Source: Octopus sinensis
Lineage: Eukaryota
DNA length: 64,000 nt
Assembly (NCBI RefSeq): GCF_006345805.1
Contig: NW_021832415.1
Location: 16,045 to 80,044, forward strand
Direction of reading: 5' to 3'
The notes beneath the pieces were generated by a model. It searched no databases and was not told the origin of the DNA. It saw only the letters and a list, made by a program, of their open reading frames with translations. Within the stretch, counting starts at the first letter, position 1. Each line of letters begins with the position of its first letter. Positions 14,380-27,064 of this stretch are shown piece after piece. The translations under genes were made by a program, and so were the position numbers.

Positions 14380-15010
14380 TTCTTCGACAGTACTTTTCAT
14401 TGATGTGGCTGTCCAAAGTTGTAAAGCAATCCAACAAACGAATGAGTGTCGAATGTTTAATACGAAGATTAGTCTTTATACCGGTTGAAAGAATGGGGGA
14501 TCCAAGAATCCGGAGATCGTTGATATCAGTTGTCTGTACTTGACCAAGGCTAGTGCGGAAGGACAATAGTAGATGGCCAAAGCGTTCATTAACAAGTTAA
14601 GGCTAACTAATTTAGATTTTGCACAGTGAGAGCTAAGAGGTACAAAATATGAAAATTGTTGTTGTAAACTTGAAGGAAGTGGTTGCGACGGATGTAGCCG
14701 AAGGCGTTTTTTATATCGAGTTTGAGGAGTCCTCTTTCAGAGCAAGAAGCAGCTGAAGCACTGGCTATATAATATCTTAAGGCATGAGCGGCAGCCTCAC
14801 ATCCGTTCCTAACAGAAACTCTAAGTTGAACAGGCTCGAAAAATGGCTCAAGATCAGAATAGACAAGCCTGCAAACAATCTTAGCAGATAGCGTCCTAAA
14901 GTAATGCTAACAGCGATGGGGCAAACTCATCCATCGGTTTTCCTTAAGCCAGTGAAGTTGGCAAAGAAGAATAAGTCACGCGTAAACGGGATAATGTTGC
15001 CAAAAAACGA
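14380..15010 (-). mobile_element. CRE-like retrotransposon RT domain fragment
   Basis: LRKTDG.VCPIAV..TL, EPVQLRVSVRNGCEAAAHALR, LLKLDIKNAF and DLRILGSPI. Confidence 0.8.
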
Positions 15011-15059
15011 TTGCAAAGAGTAGTGATTGCCTTTAGTTGCTGAATTCTTGTTTGGTGGA

Positions 15060-15263
15060 GTGGAATCAACTATGCATAAATTTTTGTCATTTTTCTTTAA
15101 TACCGAGGTCTATGAAACACATGGCTTCAACAGCGAAATAGAGTTGAAAAATTTCATAAGTGAAAAGATGAATGAAATAACGATCGAACATTATGACACT
15201 TTTCATCGAAAAATGCTCAAATATGTTTCATTTGCCAAGCAGAAAGTAAAAATTAATGAATAA
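15060..15263 (+). mobile_element. Tc1/IS630-like transposase C-terminal remnant
   Basis: ELKNFISEKMNEITIEHYDTFHRKML resembles ORF 46801-47016. Confidence 0.55.
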
Positions 15264-15402
15264 AATTTCGATTTGTTAAACCTTCGACACTAATGCTGGT
15301 TGCATTAACACTAATGCTTGATGCGTCAACGGGGAAAATTCTATTGTCGGGATGGACAGGATTAAAAAACTTAATTAAATTAATTATTTTTGTAATTGAT
15401 AA

Positions 15403-15663
15403 CAAAACAGAAGAAGTACCGGGTCCTGGCAAAGAATCACCAATTCACTGCAGTCGCGGTGGAAACCTCTGGAGTCATCGGCCCGCAGACGCTATCGTTT
15501 CTCCGCCGCCTTGGATCTAAGCTCGTGGTTGCCACGAAAGATCCCAACGAGTCGATCAGACTCTTTCAAAGGATCTCATTGGCCATCATGCGCGGGAATT
15601 GCCAGTCGATCCGCTGCGCATTTTAACCCTTTTCACTTTCTCTATTAGTATAAATAAATATAA
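15403..15663 (+). mobile_element. 5'-truncated CRE-like insertion with 9-bp TSD
   Basis: FTAVAVETSGVIG...QRISLAIMRGN, A-rich tail, TSD AATTGATAA (15394-15402 and 15664-15672). Confidence 0.85.
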
Positions 15664-16071
15664 AATTGATAATTCAATAATAAGATTGTTTGAAGTTTAT
15701 CGATAAATTGACAGATTAACATTAATTGAAGGTCAGTGTAACGCGCATCCCATACGTATCATTTGGCCCATGTCACATAATAGTTTATTAATTATAGAAA
15801 TAACATCAATATGACCAATAAAAAATAATATGACTTATATGACTTTTGGTTGCCCTAGTCAACACTAATGCTTGCACTTTCGATGTTAAAACTCGGAAAA
15901 TCCTATATAACTAAGAAAAACCGCTGTAAAGACAACGAATCTTCTTGCAATATTCCATTATTTCGTTTTATGATTCAAATCCTCTCCGTACTAAACTTTC
16001 TCTATTGAATTTTGACACTTCCTCCTTGTTCCCAGCTGATTTTCAAAAAATAAAATTGAATGATTCTAGAT

Positions 16072-16618
16072 CAGCGGTTCTCAAATGCGGCCCCCGGGGC
16101 CGCATGTGGCCCCCAGGATTTTTTTTGCGGCCCCTCTAGAGTAACTAACTTTTTTAATTTTTTAATAATGTTTAAATTTAATTATTCATTCTTAAGGTTA
16201 AACATATCCATAATTGGTGATTTCATTAATCAATTTGAAGCACGTTTTGGAGTACATTATAAATTTAATTTTTAGAATTTTAAAGAATTCCTTCCTTTAA
16301 TGAAAATATTCGTAACTCCATTCACCGTGGAAATTAAGGATGCGCCTGCAAAGTTTCAACTAGAACTCATTAGTTTGCAACATGATATAGAACTGGCGGC
16401 ATTATTAAAAAATGCGTCCATTATTAATTTTTACGAATTAATTCCTCAAGACAAATTCAAAAATATAGCACACAATGCATATATGAATCTACATATTTAT
16501 GCGAATATATTTAGTAAAATGGAAAATATAAAAATATATAAAATATTTTTTGTGCGGCCCGCGAAGCTAATCTTAATTATCGATTTGGCCCTTGAGCTAA
16601 AAAGGTTGAGAACCCCTG
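16072..16618 (+). mobile_element. Non-autonomous hAT (Buster/SPIN, GTF2IRD2-like) element
   Basis: TIR CAG(C/G)GGTTCTCAA, 8-bp TSD TTCTAGAT, internal remnant PFTVEIKDAPAKFQLELISLQ. Confidence 0.9.
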
Positions 16619-17022
16619 TTCTAGATAATTAGTAAGCTCAGAATTATACAAATTGTGAACAATGAAAGCTTATTGGTCTCTAGGAGTGATATAAATAATC
16701 TTTTAGAATATTCAAAAGATATGGAAATATAATTATGGCTGTTTGATTAACTAATTGATCCAATTTCTTAATGACAAAGACACTTGAATATGTCTAAAGT
16801 ACAATTTAAAAGTGCATTTGGACCACAAAATGGGATGTTTTGTGGAATAAGTATGAATTATCAAATTAATTTCAATTTTATAAAAATATCGCCTTTAAAT
16901 TAAACAATTTAAAATGAAATTGATTATTGACATTTTTCAATATGTAGCTAATTATCTGACCCCGAGTCACTAATTTTATGATCGGCCGTAAGTTTTATAG
17001 GAATTTTGTCAAAATAAATTAG

Positions 17023-17420
17023 TTTTCTACTCTGCTCAGTTATATTTTTACAATTACAACTTTACTCTTGTCTTTGCTCATTTCAGAAGCAAACAGTAAA
17101 AGTAAATTCTATTATCCAAGAGGCAGTGTTTTATTTTATTACCAATGGGCTATCGAGTTTTCGGGGAATAGACCGTCTCGAATATTATAGAAAGCTCTAC
17201 CAAGGCTGCTCAAAAATAGAAGGGTCACTTGAACTTACACATCTAATAGTCATATCCAATCAAAGTCTGAAATTTATGACCGAATTTGTGACTGATGACC
17301 AAATTTAGAACTAAAAAAGGACAATAATTTTTTAGGAACTTGGATTATAAGAAATCATTTTTCGTTTTAAAATGTTGCTCCTTTACCAAAAATTTGTATG
17401 AAAAAATGAAAACAAGCGGT
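17023..17420 (+). CDS. EGFR/insulin-receptor-type L-domain fragment
   Basis: Signal-like TITTLLLSLLISEAN, then ITNGLSSFRGIDRLEYYRKLYQGCSKIEGSLELTHL, resembling the L1-domain start. No kinase found downstream. Confidence 0.5.
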
Positions 17421-17439
17421 TCATTAAACATGTAGTGAC

Positions 17440-18075
17440 CTGATAAGCTATTCGTCTTATAATATTGTCACTATTAAGGGATTAACTTCAAATAGCATAG
17501 AAACACGTTTTTTGATCCAAACTAATTCCATGCTAAACAAATATAATAATGAGAGTATTGTTAACAAATAAGAAAAACTAATCAAAAACTAAAACAAGAA
17601 CCATATTTAAATCCGAAAAAAATGATTCTTTCATGATTAGTCATTTTTTTGCAATTTCTGAGCAGTCCGTCCATATTATCACAGAGAGAATGACGTGAAC
17701 TATTGAATTAAAGTTTACATCCATCTTTTTTCCAGTCAGTGAAGTTATTTTATATCAAACCAATATAGTCCGAAAAATTGCAAACTAAAATTGCTGTTTA
17801 ATTTCAAATATCTGCAAAAATGTTTTAACTAAAACTTCTTAAAATTGCCACGTTTAATTGTATTTGGTAGCTTTGTTCACTGTTGCCTTGATCTGTGCTG
17901 TCAGTATACTCACAGCCCCGTTGCAAGGCCATATTAAAATAGCTCCATTATGGAAGTTTACATTTCATTTTAAATATTTTATGCTGATATTTTTGTGTCA
18001 TTTATTCGTATTTTCAGCAAAAATATAATTTCAGGTAATCACGAATTATTTCAATTCGAAATAATGTTTATGCGA
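17440..18075 (-). repeat. Dispersed ~600-bp repeat (copy 1 of 3), probable orphan gene family
   Basis: Homologous to 52400-53030 and 55260-56385. The minus frame MELVWIK(K/R)RVxMLFE(V/I)N shows mostly synonymous differences. Confidence 0.6.
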
Positions 18076-18863
18076 CCTGATAAATTCTGATAATTATTAA
18101 TTTCTGATTAAATTGTTACTTATATTTCTATACCAGTATTAGCCCAAACATTTTTTCAGATTATGGAACAGAATAGCCTTGTTGTTTATTTTCAGTTTGG
18201 TTTAGTAATCATTGACTTTGCAAATTTTATGATCCATTCATGCACATCAGATTTATCCAAATTTGTGATCTACTGAATCAAAGACTTTTTACATAGCTTT
18301 TGACCAATTTATTTGTTTATCATTGCTTTGGTTTTGCAGTGACATAAACAGGGAGTTCAGATTATTTAGTCGAGATGTACACAAGTACCAGCATTATATA
18401 CAAGTTTTATAACCTTATTCGTACCTATGTTTTGATTAGCTTTGGTCGACTCCATATTTTGTGCATTTTCTTGCACTGGCTAGTATTAATTCCTTTGCGG
18501 TTCTTATATGTTCGGTCTTTTCTTCATTAACATGCAGGGACCAATTCTTAAAACAATTTCAAGTTCTGAATGCTTCTCTGACAATCTGTTATTAATTTTG
18601 TACTTTAAGTTGAATAGAAAACTTGCAAATTAAAAATACTACATACTTTTATCATTTTTTTCGATCAGATGGTCAAAAACATCCATGTGCCTCGATAACT
18701 CGATGGCAATGCTGGATCCGAAAATTCAGATTTTCTTGCCATCGTCATCATCTAAATTGTTAGTAAAAAAGGGAAACCGGTAAATATATCGCGAAGTAAA
18801 GCATTTGAAAAATTCTCTTTCGATGCATTAATAGCTTTTTTTAAGTGTGTCATAATTGTCATT

Positions 18864-19031
18864 TCAAGGACTAGTCACGATCCAAGAGAGTTTTCTTGGC
18901 TCCTGGAACGTCTGTCGATTGCTGTGATCCGAGGGAACGGCTTCGCCATTCGCGAGGCTGGTCGGGTGTCTCGTGAGGCCTTTAATTAACTTAGCTATCT
19001 TTAATTTCTTTCTTGCTTCCAAAAAAAAAAA
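18864..19031 (+). mobile_element. 5'-truncated CRE-like insertion with poly(A) and 10-bp TSD
   Basis: DPREFSWLLERLSIAVIRGN, poly(A) run, TSD AATTGTCATT (18854-18863 and 19032-19041). Confidence 0.85.
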
Positions 19032-19059
19032 AAATTGTCATTAACGATAATGATTCTAA

Positions 19060-19700
19060 AAGTTTTAATTCTTCTTTATCTTTGATGTAGAGCAAATTAG
19101 GCTTATAGGGCTATAGCTTGAGACTTTTTCTTTAGGTTTTTTAGGTTTTCAAACCATCCGAACTTCAGTTTTTTATGATTTTGGAACGTATTATCTCTGT
19201 AGGCTGGAATTGAAAAGGTTTGTAAGTAGAGACGGCAGCTTGAAACAGGCAATTGGAATTTTGTCATACTCTGGGGACACATTTTTGGCTGTCCTTATTG
19301 CTTTCAGGGTCTCAATATGCGTGTGTAGGTTACAGAAGGAGGCTCTAGTAAGGAGGCAGATGGATTTGCTTCAAGAACAGTTGCAAGTTCGGTTGTCGCC
19401 TCTTGACTGGACAGGGATCCTCCCGGAAGTTGCAGGCAAATTACTTCAGCCTTCGTTTGAGTTCTAGTTACTTTGTTATAAGCTGTCTAAAATGTGGGAT
19501 GTTTTGGATGTAGTATTTTCGATTGTCTTAACAAAGCACGTTCTTTTCCGATTTAAGTCGTATAACAAAGTGATTTGGAAATAGCATTTATTCTTTCACT
19601 CATTAAAGTTCTGTCTAGGGAATCCTATGATTTTTTGAGTTTCAGCGTAAGTCTATTTTTAAAGACAATTTTTGAATGTACTCCGGCAGTATTTGGGATT
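19060..19700 (-). mobile_element. Jockey-like LINE remnant
   Basis: KNVSPEYDKIPIACFK.LPSLLTNLFNSSL...KPKKPKEKVSSYSPISLICSTSK. Confidence 0.75.
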
Positions 19701-20236
19701 TTCTGTTTTGAGTAAATTTTTCTGTTTTGAGTAAATTTTTCTGTTTTGTGAAATTCCTCAACAGACTTCATCTGTTCTTTCTATCTCGGTTTTCTTTTGA
19801 CAGCCAAAAAATAGGAATTTAAAATTTAGGTCACATGAAATTGGTGCAAATTGGTTGCGTCTGAATAAATCAATAATTAAGTTTTTGTTTTCGCTAAATT
19901 TTTAGAGTACATATCCCCAATCAGTATCCACTCTTCGCCCATACAATAACTCGAGTGTTATAAATTCACAAGTGGTTTCGTTTTCTATTCTCAAGTTGTT
20001 TATCATGAACCCATTCACATAGAAGGGCGAATTTTTATTAAAACTAGATTTTTTTAAAAGGCAAATATTTGACCATCGAGAAAGCTTTTTCTTCTACACC
20101 TTCTTATAAAATCTAATTCAAAAATTGAAGTGATGAGATTAATTTTTAATAAAAAGATACATAAAATAAAAATAACTAAATTCAATTTATTTATAATAAA
20201 ATTCAAATTCCATTAGTCGCTTACTAATATAAAAAT

Positions 20237-22075
20237 ATGTCAAGTCAAAAAACACAAAAAAACGTAGCATTCATTGGACTGCCCGACGGTGAGCTAATCG
20301 TGCAATATCTCTAATTAGAAGAAAAAAATTGTTTAAATGAAGATATTGATGAGTTTAAGACCTATGCTTCATACTATTTAAAAGATCCGGTGGGAAAATG
20401 GAATGAAAAGCGAAAGCTTCCTATAAAAATGTTTGCACAACTGGCCAAAGTTATAATCTTCACTGTTCAAGTAAATTTATTTAATATTGTAGATTTATAT
20501 TTATGGTCAATCTCGACTGGCGAATATTCCGACTTTAACGCTTGATCGTTACTTTATTCAAGATTTTGTTAAACATCCGTCTTATTGCCATGAACATTTG
20601 CCGTTTGTGATGAGCCTACCTCAAATGTTGAATAATATCAATTTCACATTAAATAAAGTGACAAACTATTTGATTGAGTATTCATAGTATATCAGTATTG
20701 GAAACGACTCGTTGATTGGTTATAATCCCGTAAAACTGAACTCGAACAATCTTTCTCTTGTTTTAATTTGTCTAAATTACTATCATATCGATGATAAAAA
20801 CACAAAATTAGACTTAGAGAACAATTTCTTGAAAGTCAGTTTTAAATGGGGTTGATTTAATTTATGAATGAATTCAAGTATGTGAGGAAATTGATATATT
20901 GTCCAATATGACTACTTTTGACGTTTCAAAAATAACAAAATTTACTGACAATGTATTATTATCCAAGTAAGGATAAAAAGTGAATATTAAAGAACCTTCA
21001 AAATAAGTCTCACAATGGAATTGATGTCGATGTCAACAACTTGGATGAATAACTCAGAGCACATCGTGAATGAGCAAATTAAATACAATGTAATATTATT
21101 TAATTACTTTTTAGGTCAACATAATTCGATCAAACTTGAACGAAGCTTACAAAATTGATAGTTCGGCACAACGTCGTTCTTATGGATATTTTTGTAAGTG
21201 TCATATCTCGACCATAGTCTTCAAGTATACCCGTACGGTGCACCTTATAGTATCTTCGTTGGCATTATTGGTGAGTTTTATATCTCTCATCACATGTGTC
21301 CGTTCTGTGTTAAAATCCATTTATTTGGCCAAGATTACAAATTCTTACTTTTCTCGCATAGAGGGAGAAAGTTTGTCGTATTCGGAATTATCAATATACT
21401 TCGACATATGGAACTTCATAATTATTTTTACTGACATAAGTAATATTGTTGTCACTGGAATTTATATTACTCAAATTCACGTTCTTCTGTAGCTTATTTT
21501 TTGCAATTTTATTCTCCTTATCTCGCGATTGCTTATGGAATTAACATTCTTCTCATTTGGACTGGTCTCCTTCGCTATCTTAGTTTCTTTTCGGGTTTTA
21601 ACGTATATTATGTTTAAATAATTTTAAGATCCTGATGATGACTCTGACTAGGTCGGCCCTTTTGGTCCTCCGTTTCATGTCCTGCATAATCATTGTGTAT
21701 ATGGGCTTTGTATTTTGTGGGTTGATAGTTCTTCATCCCTATAATGAAAAGGCTAGTTTTGTTAATTATTTTTAGTTTGAAACTCTCTACTCATCCGCTA
21801 TTTCTCTTTTTGCAATAATGAACGGGGATATAATAAATAATACTATGATGTCAACGGAGGATTCACGCGTCAGATTATTTTCGGACATGTATCAGATCGT
21901 GTTTATATCTTTTTTTATATACGTCGTTTTGTCCCTATTTACATCAATTTTTGTGCAGTTTTTTGAGATTGTACACATGGTTGAGCCTCGCTTTTATTTG
22001 TAGAAGTCTCACAATCGATCAGAAACTCGCGACCGAGTGTCGATTTTTTTGGGGAATCGCGAAAATGAAGAATAA
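20237..22075 (+). CDS. MCOLN: Mucolipin (TRPML) channel, multi-exon
   Basis: YYLKDPVGKWNEKRKLPIKMFAQLAKVIIFTVQ, LITCVRSVLKS..FDIWNFIIIFTDI and LFSLFAIMNGD..LFSDMYQIVFISFFIYVVLSLF match TRPML segments. Short GT-AG introns. Confidence 0.85.
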
Positions 22076-22329
22076 ATAAGTTCAAGAAATTACTTTTAAT
22101 TAAATAAAAATTAAATCTATTATAATTGATATCTTCTTATGTTAATAAGAAATTGGCCCTTAAAATTTTGTGGCCAATTTGAAAAAACAAATCAATAATT
22201 TTAGAATATAAATAATTAAAAAAATGGCTTTAATGAACAAAAATGACTTTTAGTCTAATTAAAATAAAATGTGCTTTCTAATTGTTATTTTCCAATATTT
22301 GCTTTGTAATTTGTTAATTGAGAAATTAG

Positions 22330-23090
22330 AAAAACTTCATGTTTATTCTCAACATTAGCTAAAAGTTCTTTATCGTGGCTAAACGCTCATCGCCTTACTT
22401 TTACAGTGGTTCCCATTTTTTCTGTTGACCATTTAAAAGTTTCTATCCTGCAAATATGAGAATAACCCTTCTGATCGGGGAGAGTTATTCCCATATTTCA
22501 GCCACGTTGATGACGACGATACGTCAATGTGCGGGTTGCCCAGACTTCTAAAAAGAGTCTTGTAAATGATTTTTAAGTTGATCTTTTTATTAGCGATTCC
22601 CTCTGAAAATTGATCAACTCCTTCACATTAACTTGGGTAGCACCCAGACCATACTTAGCCGACACGTAGTCTTTTATGGTCCCTCGCTGTGTACCACGCG
22701 CTTTTTCAACATGAAGGATGTCAGCCTTCCTTTGGGATTCACTTGACCCACTCCACAAGGTGTCGTGCATCTTAGTAAGAATTTGCTCACTTAAGTGTAC
22801 AATGTTACTCAGTCCATGTCCTAGCTTCCCGCGAGACAAGTATAATATCTCCTTATTGCTTGCAAACAAGTGGACGTGGTTTTCTTGTGACTTATACCCT
22901 TGGTGCTTCTCCAAGACTTTGACTAGGTCACCGCACACAGGAGTGTTAGTCGCCGACTTTTAGTTGAGTTCCAGATCCACGGCCTTCATAAAACCTTCCA
23001 AGGCTTTCCCCATCGAGTGGAGGATCTCTGAAGTCCGAGCGAACAGTTTAATGTCGTTTATGAACATGAGATGGTGGCGCTAAAACAATG
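22330..23090 (-). mobile_element. R4/NeSL-like RLE non-LTR retrotransposon remnant
   Basis: HLMFINDIKLFA (RT YADD-like), EKHQGYK and STWLKYGNNSPRSEG..LQDRN..NHCKS (zinc-knuckle region). Confidence 0.68.
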
Positions 23091-23689
23091 ACAGGTCGAA
23101 TAACAAAATTCATTTTTAACAAATTATTAGAACTCCGTGTCATTGCACAACTTCCTTGTTTGTAAATCATTGCCTTCAACCACATACCAACAACCACTAT
23201 CTACGTCTCGTGAACTGAAAACATGAACACTGTATTCGTTTATTTTTGTATTTTCTACTTGTGAGCTATCAAAGGGAATTTGATAGACTCTAATTAACAC
23301 TTTCATCAAATAAATCTTCACGGAATATGACGATATCAAAGTGAAACAACGTATTTGCGGCCATGGTGAGCTCAAAAGTTACTACATGAAAATGGAGACG
23401 CGTAAAACGGAACATTAATAATTGCCCATTCTTTATTTCCTGTTCTTCGACATTATTTTGGAAATAAAATTTAATTTTTTATTGACGTTTTTATAAAATG
23501 AATTTTTTACTTTGAAATTTGAGAGAAAATTCATTTCCTCGACAATTTTTGTAATCTATATGTATTTTTTGTCTTTTTATTATAACTAAAAAAACAATTT
23601 TAATGTCCTCAAATGTGCCTAGTATTAGCAAATCAGTTTTAAAAGCCAAATAGCAGCATACAAGTAATTCTTATCGTTAAATCTGTTTA

Positions 23690-25076
23690 TGTGGACACCT
23701 CCGGTGTAATGATCGCTCAAAAGTCGCTCGATTTTTGCGACTGTGAAAAATTAACATTTTATCTTGATAATTTAATTTTTGATTGCATATAAAATATTTA
23801 CGAAATATCTAGAATTACTCAAATACGAAATGGGAATGACTTTTGATTTTGAAAATGAAAAAACATATTTTTTAAAAAATGGGCTAAAATTATGTTTTTT
23901 CTGTGAAGATGAATTCGAATTAAAGCTTGGGTGTGTTGAGGTGCAACTTAATAAATTAAAGTTAGGCAAAACATAACTACAACCACTTGGGGAAAGACCG
24001 CCTTTTTCAAAATTAGGAAATCTCTATTATGGATTGAATAAAGAAGAAATACATCGACTCGAGGAGAAAGAAATGCGCTCAAATTCTCAGGAGCATAATT
24101 CACTTCCACCTTTGTCCGGAAATGTTTTTATATGTTTATAAAACGTGCGTCGAACCATTGCTTACCTACGGGTTCGAGAGATGGTACCCTACTGCTGAGA
24201 GGAATGGCATTATCGCAAAGCTCGAAAAGACGAGACATCAAATTGGCAAATGGACTCCAGCTGGACCAACCCATCCCTCAAGAGTTGGAAGACGCGACGG
24301 AAACGGTTGAAAGTGTTCTTGAGAGAGCCTTTTCCTCTAGAATCTCTAATTAAACATAAAGAAAGAGGGAAACAACGGAGAAGAGGCATACGTTGTCTCA
24401 TTAACTTTCTCTCTCTTTTTTCCGGCTTTTCCGTTTTAATAAAAAATTCATTCAAAGAAGAAGAAATATCTAAGGTGATTTCGTTTTGTGCTTTCTGTCA
24501 GGTAATAACTCCTTTTAGTAAATATTCTTAGTCGAAAAAAATATTGTCTACGGAGCCCCCAATTACGCCAATCATTGATGAAAATTTAGGGACAGATACA
24601 TTGCGGATTTAATTGACCTCAGAAAATATTCGGTGATAAATGATGGCTTTAGCTGGGTATGAATTTACTATATTTTTAAAATAGATTTCGGTAATTGGGG
24701 ATTCTTTTTCAAAATATGTAATGCTTGAACTGTCGTTGACCAAATCTTCTGCAGAAATCACAAATTTATTCCAAAGAATTCTTTATTATGTCGGGCCACC
24801 ACTTATTTTACACACTGAATTTAATTTATATAAAGTCTTGGAATTAATATTAAGTTTAATTATATAAATTTTTCTCAAACTTTGCGTGCTAGATTTGCGT
24901 TTTAATGTCACGGGAAGAAAGCTTATTCTGGAGTTAAAGCTTAAAATTGTCCGAAAATTGTTTCATGAGCGAACGAGATATTGTCAAAAAATATAAAATT
25001 AGTAAAGGTTATCTGATAATTCTATTGTTTGAGAGCAGTATCTAGAATGAGACAAAATAACATGAACTCTTTAAAT
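23690..25076 (+). mobile_element. Second Ginger-like element, degenerate and interrupted by LINE and hAT insertions
   Basis: Begins TGT. Encodes LKLCFFCEDE, HNYNHLG, CAFCQ|SKK..PPITPII..RDRYIADLIDL..W|..DSFSK..GPPLILHT, with the same intron positions as 4727-6611. Confidence 0.75.
24052..24457 (+). mobile_element. 5'-truncated LINE inserted in the Ginger integrase
   Basis: VYKTCVEPLLTYG RT C-terminal motif, AATAAA near the 3' end, TSD AAGAAGAAATA. Confidence 0.62.
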
Positions 25077-26420
25077 CAGTGGTTCTCAACCTGGGGTCCG
25101 CGGACCCCTTAGGGGTCCGCGAATGATTCCAGGGGGTCCGCGAGATTTTTCTGAAACTTTATTTAAATGTTTCTATTTAATGATAACAATTTTAAATTAA
25201 TTTATAATAGAATTAAATCATAATTAATAATATCTCTTTTAGATATATTATAAATTAATATATTTTAATATTCAATAATACTGAGGAGGCTAAATTACTT
25301 TAAAGCTGAATGTAACTCAATTATTTATAAAAATCGTATATATATATTTATTTTTTAGTAAAAGTTAATAAAATTTTTAAGCACGCTATTGATATGAATT
25401 CCTCGAATGTTATTAAGATACCCAAATATAATCCTGATTATATTAGCAATGCTTGGCTTTCATTCTGGCTTTAGAGGCCAAGTTAGACTTGCTAACCAGG
25501 AAACGAAACATATGCATTGTATGCTACATCGATATGCACTTGCTGCAAAAACATTACCTTCAGATTTAAGATATGTTCTCGATGATGTCGTACATATCAT
25601 AAATTATATTAAAAAGAGTGCTTTAAATTCGCGCATTTTCAGACTTATTTGCGAAGAATTTGAAAAGAATGGAAAGGCTTTGTTATTCCACACTGAGGTG
25701 AGATGGCTATCTCGGGGAAACATTCTTGCCAGAGTTTTTTCTTTGAGGAATGAATTATGTCAAAAGTTTTTTCAAGAATAAATGGAAGAGTCCCAGGGAC
25801 GATTGCGACTGACTCGAGGACAGTGAGACGAACTGAGTAATTTGGATCATGTTGAATCATGTAAAGAAAGGCTTGGATTAAATGGGTTACTACCCTCAAT
25901 TACTGGACACTTTGAATCTGTGGGATCTTGGAGACGGTTTAGCGACCGAACGGCCTCAATTCGTACGTGAAACTTTACGTCTCTAACTCTGTCCATCATT
26001 GTCTTGTGGATAAGTTCGACTATTTTGAAGTCGAGTTCTGTTTCATCTGGAAAAGAATTCAAGATCTTGTTTATGATTTGACAGCAGTGAAGTCGGACAT
26101 TAAATTTTAGAAAGGCTAACATATTTATGCGAACATGGCTTCTCAGCACTTCTCAATATAAAAAATAATCATTGCGCAAGACTGAATATTGAAGATGACA
26201 TCAGGGTTTGCTTGTCGACAACCGAGCCTCTTATTGAAAAAATTGCCTCGAAAAAACAATATCAACCTTCTCATTAATTTTCTCTATTGATTTAATAATA
26301 AATTTTGTTTTTAGATAAGTAAAATTTTTTGACAAAAAACTTAATAAATATGTAGGGGGTCCGCGAAATTTTTCATTTACTCACAAGGGGTCCGCGGACA
26401 AAAAAGGTTGAGAACCACTG
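25077..26420 (+). mobile_element. Internally deleted Buster-type hAT carrying a host gene fragment
   Basis: TIR CAGTGGTTCTCAACCT, perfect TSD CTTTAAAT, transposase pieces HCMLHRYALA..RWLSRG and YLCEHGFS..EPLIEK. Confidence 0.92.
25758..26118 (-). pseudogene. NCAPG: Captured condensin I CAP-G fragment
   Basis: NVRLHCCQIINKIL..DRVRDVKFHVRIEAVRSLNRLQDPTDSKCPVIE|AFLYMIQHDPNYSVRLTVL..GTLP, with a 22-nt GT-AG intron retained. Confidence 0.8.
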
Positions 26421-26459
26421 CTTTAAATAATGGGTCCGTACAATCATATCGTCTTAGTA

Positions 26460-27064
26460 AAATTTCACAGATAAGAGACAGTCTGTCGCAGAAATTCGAT
26501 AAAATTGTTTATGAATGCTTCTTAAAAGCAAGATTTCGTTTCAGGACCTATTTTAAAACGTTGCTATAAAAGTAGGTAGGAATTTGAACTATACCTCATT
26601 CAGAGGTTCGAATGGTTGGCTTGAAAAATTTAAGAAAAAACACAATTTGTCATTTAAAACAATACAAAGTAAAAAAATCGTGTACTATTTCTTGCCTTGG
26701 AATTTTTTTGATAAGTTTTTTTGATAAGTACGATGTATGTTAATAACTATGGCATTGAAAATATTTTTAACTGCGATGAAACTGTTTTGTACATTAAAAG
26801 ATTAACATAAAAATAATTTGTAACTTCAGATGAAAATTGTTTTGGAATTAAAAGGAGTAAAAAATCACTATTTTTTGTCGGTCAGTGCTTGTAGCGAAAA
26901 ATTGAAACCATTATTAATAGGAAAATATAAATCCCCACGTTGTATGTATAATTTAAATTGTTAAACTGCGGATAAATTTAAAGAAAATGCTGAACCTCAA
27001 TTTTTGGGGAAACCTCTGTTATTTGGGAATTTTTTAATAGGTCCCCAAGATAGAGATCATACTG
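26460..27064 (+). mobile_element. Tigger/pogo-like remnant
   Basis: WL.KFKKKHNL, IFNCDETVL and KLKPLLIGKYKSPRC; right end ...ATACTG|TA. Confidence 0.68.

Noticed and set aside
17890-17915. CAGTAT loop as an iron-responsive element
   Set aside because: It lacks the CAGUGN loop with a 5-bp upper stem and C bulge.
19699-19750. About 2.5 copies of a 20-bp unit (TTTTCTGTTTTGAGTAAATT)
   Set aside because: Simple slippage repeat next to a LINE remnant, with no further structure.
20237-22075. Non-standard genetic code suggested by frequent in-frame stops
   Set aside because: The stops checked in mucolipin, HIG1 and the RRM gene are resolved by short introns under the standard code; the remaining breaks fit indels.
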